In this document: positions 1 through 15,984 of the stretch, piece after piece
Numbering within the stretch: position 1 is the first letter of the stretch
Layout of the letters: the number at the start of each line of letters is the position of its first letter
NCBI RefSeq assembly: GCF_009914755.1
Contig: NC_060948.1
Reading direction: 5' to 3' (one strand)
DNA: 64,000 bases
Source of the DNA: the human T2T-CHM13v2.0 reference genome, Homo sapiens
The notes under the pieces: generated by a model
Databases searched by the model: none
Seen by the model: only the letters and a program-made list of their open reading frames with translations
Told to the model about the DNA's origin: nothing
Position numbers and translations under genes: made by a program

Positions 1-606
1 TTTCATATTACATAATATATATTACATATCACCCAATATAACTAACATACATAATATTATAATATAGATTATATTGTGTTATATTAAATATCATATATAT
101 CATGTATCATATATTCTATAATATATATTACACATTATATAATATGTATGTTGTCTATTAGGTGATATATATAACTATATATATAATTATATTTTTATAC
201 ATATAACTAGATAAACATGTAATTCTACATATTTTCATTTATAATATGTAGAATTATATAATCATATATAATTATTTATATTCTATAAAAAATTTTATCA
301 TTATATAAATTATAATATATAAAAATTATAATATGTACTACAAATATATAAATTATATATCATATATGATATAGTACCTTTGTTATATATCATAATACAT
401 ATAAATGTGTATTATGATATCTATAATTATGTAATTTCATATATAAGATGTATAATATGTATCATATATTATATATGTTATGTAATATATATAGTATATA
501 TAAGATGACACAGGATAAATATCATATACTATGACATATTAAATATATGAGGTTATATGTTACATATAAGGCATAGCACATAACATGTAATATATATCAT
601 ATATAA

Positions 607-898
607 TTTTTTTTTAGACAGAATCTTGTCCTGTTGCACACGGTGGGGTACAATGGCGCCATCTTTGCTCACTGCAACTTCTGCCTCACGGGTCCAAGCG
701 ATTGTCCTCCCTCAGCCTCCCAGGTAGCTGGGACTACACCACACTGGGACTACACCAGCTGCCACCATGCCTAGCTAATTTTTTGGATTTTTAGTAGTGA
801 CAGCGTTTCACTGTATTGGCCAGGATGGTCTTGATCTCTTCACCTTGTGATCCCCTTGCCTTGGCCTCCAAATTTGCTGGGATTACAGGCCTGAGCCA
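607..898 (-). mobile_element. Alu in DYZ2 unit 1 (old and diverged, ~12 bp missing at the 5' end, short A9 tail)
   Basis: Antisense Alu hallmarks: T9-AGACAGAATCTTG, GCTCACTGCAAC, CTCAGCCTCCCAGGTAGCTGGGACTACA, GCTAATTTTTTGGATTTTTAGTAG, GCCAGGATGGTCTTGATCTC and GCTGGGATTACAGGCCTGAGCCA. Confidence 0.95.
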
Positions 899-1468
899 AG
901 ATCCATATTTTTTAAATGAAAAAAAATTTCAAAGGCACTCTGCTTGGTACAATAATCAAATGTATAAACTGAGGAATAAAACATAACCATGAAACCTACT
1001 TATAACTGCATATGGAAAATACAGAGGATAATTTTTTAAATAACATATTTTGAAAGCCTTAACTAGTAATTTGAAGAGTTGGCATTTGAAAGGCCAGTAT
1101 GAATATACCTTCAAAGCAGCAACACAGGTTCCCCATGAGAAAAAGCAAACACAGGGAAAATAAAAACACAAAGGTTCAATCTCTTCTGACCTTTGAAAGA
1201 CACAGCACAGACAGTGGTCCTTAGGACGAAGAGCAGGAGACCCCTAATTCCGTCACCATGGCGATAGGGCATAAACATTGCTGGGTGAGGGCACAATCCA
1301 CATTGTGAGGTCCAACTGCTGCCAGGAAGACAGGAGTGCTTTTACATAGACCGAAAGGTCATTGAAGGCTCAGAGTTTTGTTTCAAGAACTGAATCCCAA
1401 GCCCACACGTTATTAGGCTGCGCTTCTTAAAACAAGTTATGAGATGGGAAAAAGGGCACCCACAAACA
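899..1468. repeat. HSATI-type complex subunit of DYZ2 unit 1
   Basis: A ~570 bp non-Alu, moderately GC-rich block from AGATCCATAT to GGGCACCCACAAACA, repeated in every unit. The name is inferred from known DYZ2 architecture and the boundaries are approximate. Confidence 0.8.
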
Positions 1469-3026
1469 TACGTATACATTATGTATATAATAATATACAG
1501 TATCATATATATAATATATATAACCTATGTATAATATTGTTTTACATCCTGCATCTTATGTTATATATATTGTATAAAATATAATAATTGATAATATATA
1601 AGTTTTATAATTATACAATATGACATATAGTATATATTATAATTTATGACATATATAATATATGTTATATGTCATATATAGAATATATTATACGGTTAAT
1701 ATACGTATTAAATATAAATTATACATTATATATATTATATATAATATATCTGTTATATATAATACCCATTATGCATAATATATATATTATGTCTATGTTA
1801 TATATAGTATAAAACAACATATAATAATATATAATTGTATATATAAAATGCGACATATAATATATATTATATTTTATAACATATGTAATATATATTATAT
1901 ATTATATATAATACGTTGTATGTATAATACCTATATTAAATATATATTATATGACTATGTTATTAATTACATGTCACATGTGTTATATATTATATATTTT
2001 ACATAGAATATACCGGTTACATACAATATATACTATGTTACCTATAATGTATAATTTATTACATGTAAAATAAAGAATGCAATATATTATGTATAATTTA
2101 TAATATACCATATGTGGAATGTGATATATATAACATGTAATATATGATATATGATATACAGTATATGATATATAACATACAATATATGATTCCTAATATA
2201 TATGGTATACAATATATATTTTATGATATGTATTCTATATGTTTTATATTCTGTTATATATAACTATTTGAAATTATAAATAACTGTATAATATTTTATG
2301 TAAATATGTAATATAATATATATAACTATATAATATATTATATATAACTATATATTATGTTATATATACTTTTATAACATAATTTACATAAAATATCATA
2401 ATATAATATATATTATATTATTTCATATTACATAATATATATTTCATATCACCCAATATAACTAACATACATAATATTATAATATAGATTATATTGTGTT
2501 ATATTAAATATCATATATATCATGTATCATATATTCTATAATATATATTACACATTATATAGTATGTATGTTGTCTATTATGTGATATATATAACTATAT
2601 ATATAATTATATTTTTATACATATAACTAGATAAACATGTAATTCTACATATTTTCATTTATAATATGTAGAATTATGTAATCATATATAATTATTTATA
2701 TTCTATAAAAAATTTTATCATTATATAAATTATAATATATAAAAATTATAATATGTACTACAAATATATATATTATATATCATATATGATATAGTACCTT
2801 TGTTATATTTCATAATACATATAAATGTGTATTATGTTATCTATAATTATATAATTTCATATATAAGATGTATAATATGTATCATATATTATATATGTTA
2901 TGTAATATATATAGTATATATAAGATGACACAGGATAAATATTATATACTATGACATATAAAATATATGAGGTTATATGTTACATATAAGGCATAGCACA
3001 TAACATGTAATATATATCATATATAA
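1469..3026. repeat. AT-rich low-complexity subunit of DYZ2 (representative copy; recurs between each HSATI block and the next Alu)
   Basis: About 1.55 kb of degenerate TATA/TATAA/ATATT sequence with very few G or C, conserved almost base for base between units 1-10. Confidence 0.92.
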
Positions 3027-3318
3027 TTTTTTTTTAGACAGAATCTTGTCCTGTTGCACAGTGTGGGGTACAATGGCGCCATCTTTGCTCACTGCAACTT
3101 CTGCCTCACGGGTTCAAGCGATTGTCCTCCCTCAGCCTCCCAGGTAGCTGGGACTACAGCACACTGGGACTACACCAGATGCCACCATGCCTAGCTAATT
3201 TTTTGGATTTTTAGTAGTGACAGCGTTTCACTGTATTGGCCAGGATGGTCTTGATCTCTTCACCTTGTGATCCCCTTGCCTTGGCCTCCAAATTTGCTGG
3301 GATTACAGGCCTGAGCCA
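3027..3318 (-). mobile_element. Alu in DYZ2 unit 2
   Basis: Near-identical copy of 607-898. Confidence 0.95.
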
Positions 3319-3888
3319 AGATCCATATTTTTTAAATGAAAAAAAATTTCAAAGGTACTCTGCTTGGTACAATAATCAAATGTATAAACTGAGGAATAAA
3401 ACATAACCATGAAACCTACTTATAACTGCATATGGAAAATACAGAGGATAATTTTTTAAATAACATATTTTGAAAGCCTTAACTAGTAATTTGAAGAGTT
3501 GGCATTTGAAAGGCCAGTATGAATATACCTTCAAAGCAGCAACACAGGTTCCCCATGAGAAAAAGCAAACACAGGGAAAATAAAAACACAAAGGTTCAAT
3601 CTCTTCTGACCTTTGAAAGACACAGCACAGACAGTGGTCCTTAGGACGAAGAGCAGGAGACCCCTAATTCCGTCACCATGGCGATAGGGCATAAACATTG
3701 CTGGGTGAGGGCACAATCCACATTGTGAGGTCCAACTGCTGCCAGGAAGACAGGAGTGCTTTTACATAGACCGAAAGGTCATTGAAGGCTCAGAGTTTTG
3801 TTTCAAGAACTGAATCCCAAGCCCACACGTTATTAGGCTGCGCTTCTTAAAACGAGTTATGAGATGGGAAAAAGGGCACCCACAAACA
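3319..3888. repeat. HSATI-type subunit, unit 2
   Basis: Copy of 899-1468. Confidence 0.8.
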
Positions 3889-5425
3889 TACGTATACATT
3901 ATGTATATAATAATATACAGTATCATATATATAATATATATAACCTATGTATAATATTGTTTTACATCCTGCATCTTATGTTATATATATTGTATAAAAT
4001 ATAATAATTGATAATATATAAGTTTTATAATTATACAATATGACATATAGTATATATTATAATTTATGACATATATAATATATGTTATATGTCATATATA
4101 GAATATATTATACGGTTAATATACGTATTAAATATAAATTATACATTATATATATTATATATAATATATCTGTTATATATAATACCCATTATGCATAATA
4201 TATATATTATGTCTATGTTATATATAGTATAAAACAACATATAATAATATATAATTGTATATATAAAATGCGACATATAATATATATTATATTTTATAAC
4301 ATATGTAATATATATTATATATTATATATAATACGTTGTATGTATAATACCTATATTAAATATATATTATATGACTATGTTATTAATTACATGTCACATG
4401 TGTTATATATTATATATTTTACATAGAATATACCGGTTACATACAATATATACTATGTTACCTATAATGTATAATTTATTACATGTAAAATAAAAAATGC
4501 AATATATTATGTTTAATTTATAATATACCAAATGTGGAATGTGATATATATAACATATAATATATGATATATGATATACAGTATATGATATATAACATAC
4601 AATATATGATTCCTAATATATATGGTATACAATATATATTTTATGATATGTATTCTATATGTTTTATATTCTGTTATATATAACTATTTGAAATTATAAA
4701 TAACTGTATAATATTTTACGTAAATATGTAATATAATATATATAACTATATAATATATTATATATAACTATATATTATGTTATATATACTTTTATAACAT
4801 AATTTACATAAAATATCATAATATAATATATATTATATTATTTCATATTACATAATATATATTACATATCACCCAATATAACTAACATACATAATATTAT
4901 AATATAGATTATATTGTGTTATATTAAATATCATATATATCATGTATCATATATTCTATAATATATATTACACATTATATAATATGTATGTTGTCTATTA
5001 TGTGATATATATAACTATATATATAATTATATTTTTATACATATAACTAGATAAACATGTAATTCTACATATTTTCATTTATAATATGTAGAATTATATA
5101 ATCATATATAATTATTTATATTCTATAAAAAATTTTATCATTATATAAATTATAATATATAAAAATTATAATATGTACTACAAATATATATATATTATAT
5201 ATCATATATGATATAGTACCTTTGTTATATATCATAATACATATAAATGTGTATTATGTTATCTATAATTATATAATTTCATATATAAGATGTATAATAT
5301 GTATCATATATTATATATGTTATGTAATATATATAGTATATATAAGATGACACAGGATAAATATTATATACTATGACATATAAAATATATGAGGTTATTT
5401 GTTACATATAAGGCATAGCACATAA

Positions 5426-5740
<315 letters not shown>

Positions 5741-6310
5741 AGATCCATATTTTTTAAATGAAAAAAAATTTCAAAGGTACTCTGCTTGGTACAATAATCA
5801 AATGTATAAACTGAGGAATAAAACATAACCATGAAACCTACTTATAACTGCATATGGAAAATACAGAGGATAATTTTTTAAATAACATATTTTGAAAGCC
5901 TTAACTAGTAATTTGAAGAGTTGGCATTTGAAAGGCCAGTATGAATATACCTTCAAAGCAGCAACACAGGTTCCCCATGAGAAAAAGCAAACACAGGGAA
6001 AATAAAAACACAAAGGTTCAATCTCTTCTGACCTTTGAAAGACACAGCACAGACAGTGGTCCTTAGGACGAAGAGCAGGAGACCCCTAATTCCGTCACCA
6101 TGGCGATAGGGCATAAACATTGCTGGGTGAGGGCACAATCCACATTGTGAGGTCCAACTGCTGCCAGGAAGACAGGAGTGCTTTTACATAGACCGAAAGG
6201 TCATTGAAGGCTCAGAGTTTTGTTTCAAGAACTGAATCCCAAGCCCACACGTTATTAGGCTGCGCTTCTTAAAACAAGTTATGAGATGGGAAAAAGGGCA
6301 CCCACAAACA
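5741..6310. repeat. HSATI-type subunit, unit 3
   Basis: Copy of 899-1468. Confidence 0.8.
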
Positions 6311-7845
6311 TACGTATACATTATGTATATAATAATATACAGTATCATATATATAATATATATAACCTATGTATAATATTGTTTTACATCCTGCATCTTA
6401 TGTTATATATATTGTATAAAATATAATAATTGATAATATATAAGTTTTATAATTATACAATATGACATATAGTATATATTATAATTTATGACATATATAA
6501 TATATGTTATATATCATATATAGAATATATTATACGGTTAATATACGTATTAAATATAAATTATACATTATATATATTATATATAATATATCTGTTATAT
6601 ATAATACCCATTATGCATAATATATATATTATGTCTATGTTATATATAGTATAAAACAACATATAATAATATATAATTGTATATATAAAATGCGACATAT
6701 AATATATATTATATTTTATAACATATGTAATATATATTATATATTATATATAATACGTTGTATGTATAATACCTATATTAAATATATATTATATGACTAT
6801 GTTATTAATTACATGTCACATGTGTTATATATTATATATTTTACGTAGAATATACCGGTTACATACAATATATACTATGTTACCTATAATGTATAATTTA
6901 TTACATGTAAAATAAAGAATGCAATATATTATGTAAAATTTATAATATACAATATGTGGAATGTGATATATATAACATATAATATATGATATATGATATA
7001 CAGTATATGATATATAACATACAATATATGATTCCTAATATATATGTTATACAATATATATTTTATGATATGTATTCTATAGGTTTTATATTCTGTTATA
7101 TATAACTATTTGAAATTATATATAACTGTATAATATTTTATGTAAATATGAAATATAATATATATAACTATATAATATATTATATATAACTATATATTAT
7201 GTTATATATACTTTTATAACATAATTTACATAAAATATCATAATATAATATATATTATATTATTTCATATTACATAATATATATTACATATCACCCAATA
7301 TAACTAACATACATAATATTATAATATAGATTATATTATGTTATATTAAATATCATATATATCATGTATCATATATTCTATAATATATATTACACATTAT
7401 ATAATATGTATGTTGTCTATTATGTGATATATATAACTATATATATAATTATATTTTTATACATATAACTAGATAAACATGTAATTCTACATATTTTCAT
7501 TTATAATATGTAGAATTATATAATCATATATAATTATTTATATTCTATAAAAAATTTTATCATTATATAAATTATAATATATAAAAATTATAATATGTAC
7601 TACACATATATATATTATATATCATATATGATATAGTACCTTTGTTATATATCATAATACATATAAATGTGTATTTTGTTATCTATAATTATATAATTTC
7701 ATATATAAGATGTATAATATGTAGCATATATTATATATGTTATGTAATATATATAGTATATATAAGATGACACAGGATAAATATTATATACTATGACATA
7801 TAAAATATATGAGGTTATATGTTACATATAAGGCATAGCACATAA

Positions 7846-8160
<315 letters not shown>

Positions 8161-8730
8161 AGATCCATATTTTTTAAATGAAAAAAAATTTCAAAGGTAC
8201 TCTGCTTGGTACAATAATCAAATGTATAAACTGAGGAATAAAACATAACCATGAAACCTACTTATAACTGCATATGGAAAATACAGAGGATAATTTTTTA
8301 AATAACATATTTTGAAAGCCTTAACTAGTAATTTGAAGAGTTGGCATTTGAAAGGCCAGTATGAATATACCTTCAAAGCAGCAACACAGGTTCCCCATGA
8401 GAAAAAGCAAACACAGGGAAAATAAAAACACAAAGGTTCAATCTCTTCTGACCTTTGAAAGACACAGCACAGACAGTGGTCCTTAGGACGAAGAGCAGGA
8501 GACCCCTAATTCCGTCACCATGGCGATAGGGCATAAACATTGCAGGGTGAGGGCACAATCCACATTGTGAGGTCCAACTGCTGCCAGGAAGACAGGAGTG
8601 CTTTTACATAGACCGAAAGGTCATTGAAGGCTCAGAGTTTTGTTTCAAGAACTGAATCCCAAGCCCACACGTTATTAGGCTGCGCTTCTTAAAACAAGTT
8701 ATGAGATGGGAAAAAGGGCACCCACAAACA
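8161..8730. repeat. HSATI-type subunit, unit 4
   Basis: Copy of 899-1468. Confidence 0.8.
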
Positions 8731-10260
8731 TACGTATACATTATGTATATAATAATATACAGTATCATATATATAATATATATAACCTATGTATAATATT
8801 GTTTTACATCCTGCATCTTATGTTATATATATTGTATAAAATATAATAATTGATAATATATAAGTTTTATAATTATACAAGATGACATAGAGTATATATT
8901 ATAATTTATGACATATATAATATATGTTATATATCATATATAGAATATATTATACGGTTAATATACGTATTAAATATAAATTATACATTATATATATTAT
9001 ATATAATATATCTGTTATATATAATACCCATTATGCATAATATATATATTATGTCTATGTTATATATAGTATAAAACAACATATAATAATATATAATTGT
9101 ATATATAAAATGCGACATATAATATATATTATATTTTATAACATATGTAATATATATTATATATAATACGTTGTATGTATAATACCTATATTAAATATAT
9201 ATTATATGACTATGTTATTAATTACATGTCACATGTGTTATATATTATATATTTTACATAGAATATACCGGTTACATACAATATATACTATGTTACCTAT
9301 AATGTATAATTTATTACATGTAAAATAAAGAATGCAATATATTATGTATAATTTATAATATACAATATGTGGAATGTGATATATGTAACATATAATATAT
9401 GATATATGATATACAGTATATGATATATAACATACAATATATGATTCCTAATATATATGGTATACAATATATATTTTATGATATGTATTCTATATGTTTT
9501 ATATTCTGTTATATATAACTATTTGAAATTATATATAACTGTATAATATTTTATGTAAATATGTAATATAATATATATAACTATATAATATATTATATAT
9601 AACTATATATTATGTTATATATACTTTTATAACATAATTTACATAAAATATCATAATATAATATATATTATAATATTTCATATTACATAATATATATTAC
9701 ATATCACCCAATATAACTAACATACATAATATTATAATATAGATTATATTACGTTATATTAAATATCATATATATCATGTATCATATATTCTATAATATA
9801 TATTACACATTATATAATATGTATGTTGTCTATTATGTGATATATATAACTATATATATAATTACATTTTTATACATATAACTGGATAAACATGTAATTC
9901 TACATATTTTCATTTATAATATGTAGAATTATATAATCATATATAATTATTTATATTCTATAAAAAATTTTATCATTATATAAATTATAATATATAAAAA
10001 TTATAATATGTACTACAAATATATATATATTATATATCATATATGATATAGTACCTTTGTTATATATCATAATACATATAAATGTGTATTATGTTATCTA
10101 TAATTATATAATTTCATATATAAGATGTATAATATGTATCATATATTATATATGTTATGTAATATATATAGTATATATAAGATGACACAGGATAAATATT
10201 ATATACTATGACATATAAAATATATGAGGTTATATGTTACATATAAGGCATAGCACATAA

Positions 10261-10575
<315 letters not shown>

Positions 10576-11145
10576 AGATCCATATTTTTTAAATGAAAAA
10601 AAATTTCAAAGGTACTCTGCTTGGTACAATAATCAAATGTATAAACTGAGGAATAAAACATAACCATGAAACCTACTTATAACTGCATATGGAAAATACA
10701 GAGGATAATTTTTTAAATAACATATTTTGAAAGCCTTAACTAGTAATTTGAAGAGTTGGCATTTGAAAGGCCAGTATGAATATACCTTCAAAGCAGCAAC
10801 ACAGGTTCCCCATGAGAAAAAGCAAACACAGGGAAAACAAAAACACAAAGGTTCAATCTCTTCTGACCTTTGAAAGACACAGCACAGACAGTGGTCCTTA
10901 GGACGAAGAGCAGGAGACCCCTAATTCCGTCACCATGGCGATAGGGCATAAACATTGCTGGGTGAGGGCACAATCCACATTGTGAGGTCCAACTGCTGCC
11001 AGGAAGAGAGGAGTGCTTTTACATAGACCGAAAGGTCATTGAAGGCTCAGAGTTTTGTTTCAAGAACTGAATCCCAAGCCCACACGTTATTAGGCTGCGC
11101 TACTTAAAACAAGTTATGAGATGGGAAAAAGGGCACCCACAAACA
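10576..11145. repeat. HSATI-type subunit, unit 5
   Basis: Copy of 899-1468. Confidence 0.8.
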
Positions 11146-12680
11146 TACGTATACATTATGTATATAATAATATACAGTATCATATATTTAATATATATAA
11201 CCTATGTATAATATGGTTTTACATCCTGCATCTTATGTTATATATATTGTATAAAATATAATAATTGATAATATATAAGATTTATAATTATACAATATGA
11301 CATACGGTATATATTATAATTTATGACATATATAATATATGTTATATGTCATATATAGAATATATTATACGGTTAATATACGTATTAAATATAAATTATA
11401 CATTATATATATTATATATAATATATCTGTTATATATAATAACCATTATGCATAATATATATATTATGTCTATGTTATATATAGTATAAAAGAACATATA
11501 ATAATATATAATTGTATATATAAAATGCGACATATAATATATATTATATTTTATATCATATGTAATATATATTATATATTATATATAATACGTTGTATGT
11601 ATAATACCTATATTAAATATATATTATATGACTATGTTATTAATTACATGTCACATGTGTTATATATTATATATTTTACATAGAATATACCGGTTACATA
11701 CAATATATACTATGTTACCTATAATGTATAATTTATTACATGTAAAATAAAGAATGCAATATATTATGTAAAATTTATAATATACCATATGTGGAATGTG
11801 ATATATATAACATATAATATATGATATATGATATACAGTATATGATATATAACATACAATATATGATTCCTAATATATATGGTATACAATATGTATTTTA
11901 TGATATGTATTCTATATGTTTTATATTCTGTTATATATAACTATTTGAAATTATATATAACTGTATAATATTTTATGTAAATATGTAATATAATATATAT
12001 AACTATATAATATATTATATATAACTATATATTATGTTATATATACTTTTATAACATAATTTACATAAAATATCATAATATAATATATATTATATTATTT
12101 CATATTACATAATATATATTACATATCACCCAATATAACTAACATACATAATATTATAATATAGATTATATTGTGTTATATTAAATATCATATATATCAT
12201 GTATCATATATTCTATAATATATATTACACATTATATAATATGTATGTTGTCTATTATGTGATATATATAACTATATATATAATTATATTTTTATACATA
12301 TAACTAGATAAACATGTAATTCTACATATTTTCATTTATAATATGTAGAATTATATAATCATATATATTTATTTATATTCTATAAAAAATTTTATCATTA
12401 TATAAATTATAATATATAAAAATTATAATATGTACTACAAATATATATATTATATATCATATATGATATAGTACCTTTGTTATATATCTTAGTACATATA
12501 AATGTGTATTATGTTATCTATAATTATATAATTTCATATATAAGATGTATAATATGTATCATATATTATATATGTTATGTACTATATATAGTATATATAA
12601 GATGACACAGGATAAATATTATATACTATGACATATAAAATATATCAGGTTATATGTTACATATAAGGCATAGCACATAA

Positions 12681-12995
<315 letters not shown>

Positions 12996-13565
12996 AGATC
13001 CATATTTTTTAAATGAAAAAAAATTTCAAAGGTACTCTGCTTGGTACAATAATCAAATGTATAAACTGAGGAATAAAACATAACCATGAAACCTACTTAT
13101 AACTGCATATGGAAAATACAGAGGATAATTTTTTAAATAACATATTTTGAAAGCCTTAACTAGTAATTTGAAGAGTTGGCGTTTGACAGGGCAGTATGAA
13201 TATACCTTCAAATCAGCAACACAGGTTCCCCATGAGAAAAAGCAAACACAGGGAAAATAAAAACACAAAGGTTCAATCTCTTCTGACCTTTGAAAGACAC
13301 AGCACAGACAGTGGTCCTTAGGACGAAGAGCAGGAGACCCCTAATTCCGTCACCATGGCGATAGGGCATAAACATTGCTGGGTGAGGGCACAATCCACAT
13401 TGTGAGGTCCAACTGCTGCCAGGAAGACAGGAGTGCTTTTACATAGACCGAAAGGTCATTGAAGGCTCAGAGTTTTGTTTCAAGAACTGAATCCCAAGCC
13501 CACACGTTATTAGGCTGCGCTTCTTAAAACAAGTTATGAGATGGGAAAAAGGGCACCCACAAACA
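12996..13565. repeat. HSATI-type subunit, unit 6
   Basis: Copy of 899-1468. Confidence 0.8.
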
Positions 13566-15123
13566 TACGTATACATTATGTATATAATAATATACAGTGT
13601 CATATATATAATATATATAACCTATGTATAATATTGTTTTACATCCTGCATCTTATGTTATATATATTGTATAAAATATAATAATTGATAATATATAAGT
13701 TTTATAATTATACAATATGACATATAGTATATATTATTATTTATGACATATATAATATATGTTATATGTCATATATAGAATATATTATACGGTTAATATA
13801 CGTATTAAATATAAATTATACATTATATATATTATATATAATATATCTGTTATATATAATACCCATTATGCATAATATATATATTATGTCTATGTTATAT
13901 ATAGTATAAAACAACATATAATAATATATAATTGTATATATAAAATGCGACATATAATATATATTATATTTTATAACATATGTAATATATATTATATATT
14001 ATATATAATACGTTGTATGTATAATACCTATATTAAATATATATTATATGACTATGTTATTAATTACATGTCACATGTGTTATATATTATATATTTTACA
14101 TAGAATATACCGGTTACATACAATATATACTATGTTACCTATAATGTATAATTTATTACATGTAAAATAAAGAATGCAATATATTATGTACAATTTATAA
14201 TATACAATATGTGGAATGTGATATATATAACATATAATATATGATATATGATATACAGTATATGATATATAACATACAATATATGATTCCTAATATATAT
14301 GGTATACAATATATATTTTATGATATGTATTCTATATGTTTTATATTCTGTTATATATAACTATTTGAAATTATAAATAACTGTATAATATTTTATGTAA
14401 ATATGTAATATAATATATATAAATATATAATATATTATATATAACTATATATTATGTTATATATACTTTTATAACATAATTTACATAAAATATCATAATA
14501 TAATATATATTATATTATTTCATATTACATAATATATATTACATATCACCCAATATAACTAGCATACATAATATTATAATATAGATTATATTGTGTTATA
14601 TTAAATATCATATATATCATGTATCATATATTCTATAATATATATTACACATTATATAATATGTATGTTGTCTATTATGTGATATATATAACTATATATA
14701 TAATTATATTTTTATACATATAACTAGATAAACATGTAATTCTACATATTTTCATTTATAATATGTAGAATTATATAATCATATATAATTATTTATATTC
14801 TATAAAAAATTTTATCATTATATAAATTATAATATATAAAAATTATAATATGTACTACAAATATATATATTATACATCATATATGATATAGTACCTTTGT
14901 TATATATCATAATACATATAAATGTGTATTATGTTATCTATAATTATATAATTTCATATATAAGATGTATAATATGTATCATATATTATATATGTTATGT
15001 AATATATATAGTATATATAAGATGACACAGGATAAATATTATATACTATGACATATAAAATATATGAGGTTATATGTTACATATAAGGCATAGCACATAA
15101 CATGTAATATGTATCATATATAA

Positions 15124-15414
15124 TTTTTTTTAGACAGAATCTTGTCCTGTTGCACAGGGTGGGGTACAATGGCGCCATCTTTGCTCACTGCAACTTCTGC
15201 CTCACGGGTCCAAGCGATTGTCCTCCCTCAGCCTCCCAGGTAGCTGGGACTACACCACACTGGGACTACACCAGCTGCCACCATGCCTAGCTAATTTTTT
15301 GGATTTTTAGTAGTGACAGCGTTTCACTGTATTGGCCAGGATGGTCTTGATCTCTTCACCTTGTGATCCCCTTGCCTTGGCCTCCAAATTTGCTGGGATT
15401 ACAGGCCTGAGCCA
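15124..15414 (-). mobile_element. Alu in DYZ2 unit 7
   Basis: Near-identical copy of 607-898, with a T8 tail. Confidence 0.95.
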
Positions 15415-15984
15415 AGATCCATATTTTGTAAATGAAAAAAAATTTCAAAGGTACTCTGCTTGGTACAATAATCAAATGTATAAACTGAGGAATAAAACAT
15501 AACCATGAAACCTACTTATAACTGCATATGGAAAATACAGAGGATAATTTTTTAAATAACATATTTTGAAAGCCTTAACTAGTAATTTGAAGAGTTGGCA
15601 TTTGAAAGGCCAGTATGAATATACCTTCAAAGCAGCAACACAGGTTCCCCATGAGAAAAAGCAAACACAGGGAAAATAAAAACACAAAGGTTCAATCTCT
15701 TCTGACCTTTGAAAGACACAGCACAGACAGTGGTCCTTAGGACGAAGAGCAGGAGACCCCTAATTCCGTCACCATGGCGATAGGGCATAAACATTGCTGG
15801 GTGAGGGCACAATCCACATTGTGAGGTCCAACTGCTGCCAGGAAGGCAGGAGTGCTTTTACATAGAACGAAAGGTCATTGAAGGCTCAGAGTTTTGTTTC
15901 AAGAACTGAATCCCAAGCCCACACGATATTAGGCTGCGCTTCTTAAAACAAGTTCTGAGATGGGAAAAAGGGCACCCACAAACA
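15415..15984. repeat. HSATI-type subunit, unit 7
   Basis: Copy of 899-1468. Confidence 0.8.

Noticed and set aside
820-898. Alu Pol III A/B boxes as an active ncRNA promoter
   Set aside because: Remnants are visible on the minus strand (TGGCTCAGGCC and GATCAAGAC), but the 5' end is clipped and both boxes deviate from consensus. Activity cannot be supported from sequence.
956-1296. Recurrent 61-71 aa minus-strand ORFs (MCFYFPC..., MCPHPAM...) in each DYZ2 unit
   Set aside because: They are short, begin at TTG/GTG-type codons rather than ATG, show no recognisable domain, and recur only because the DNA unit is repeated. The 71 aa frame is lost in several copies.
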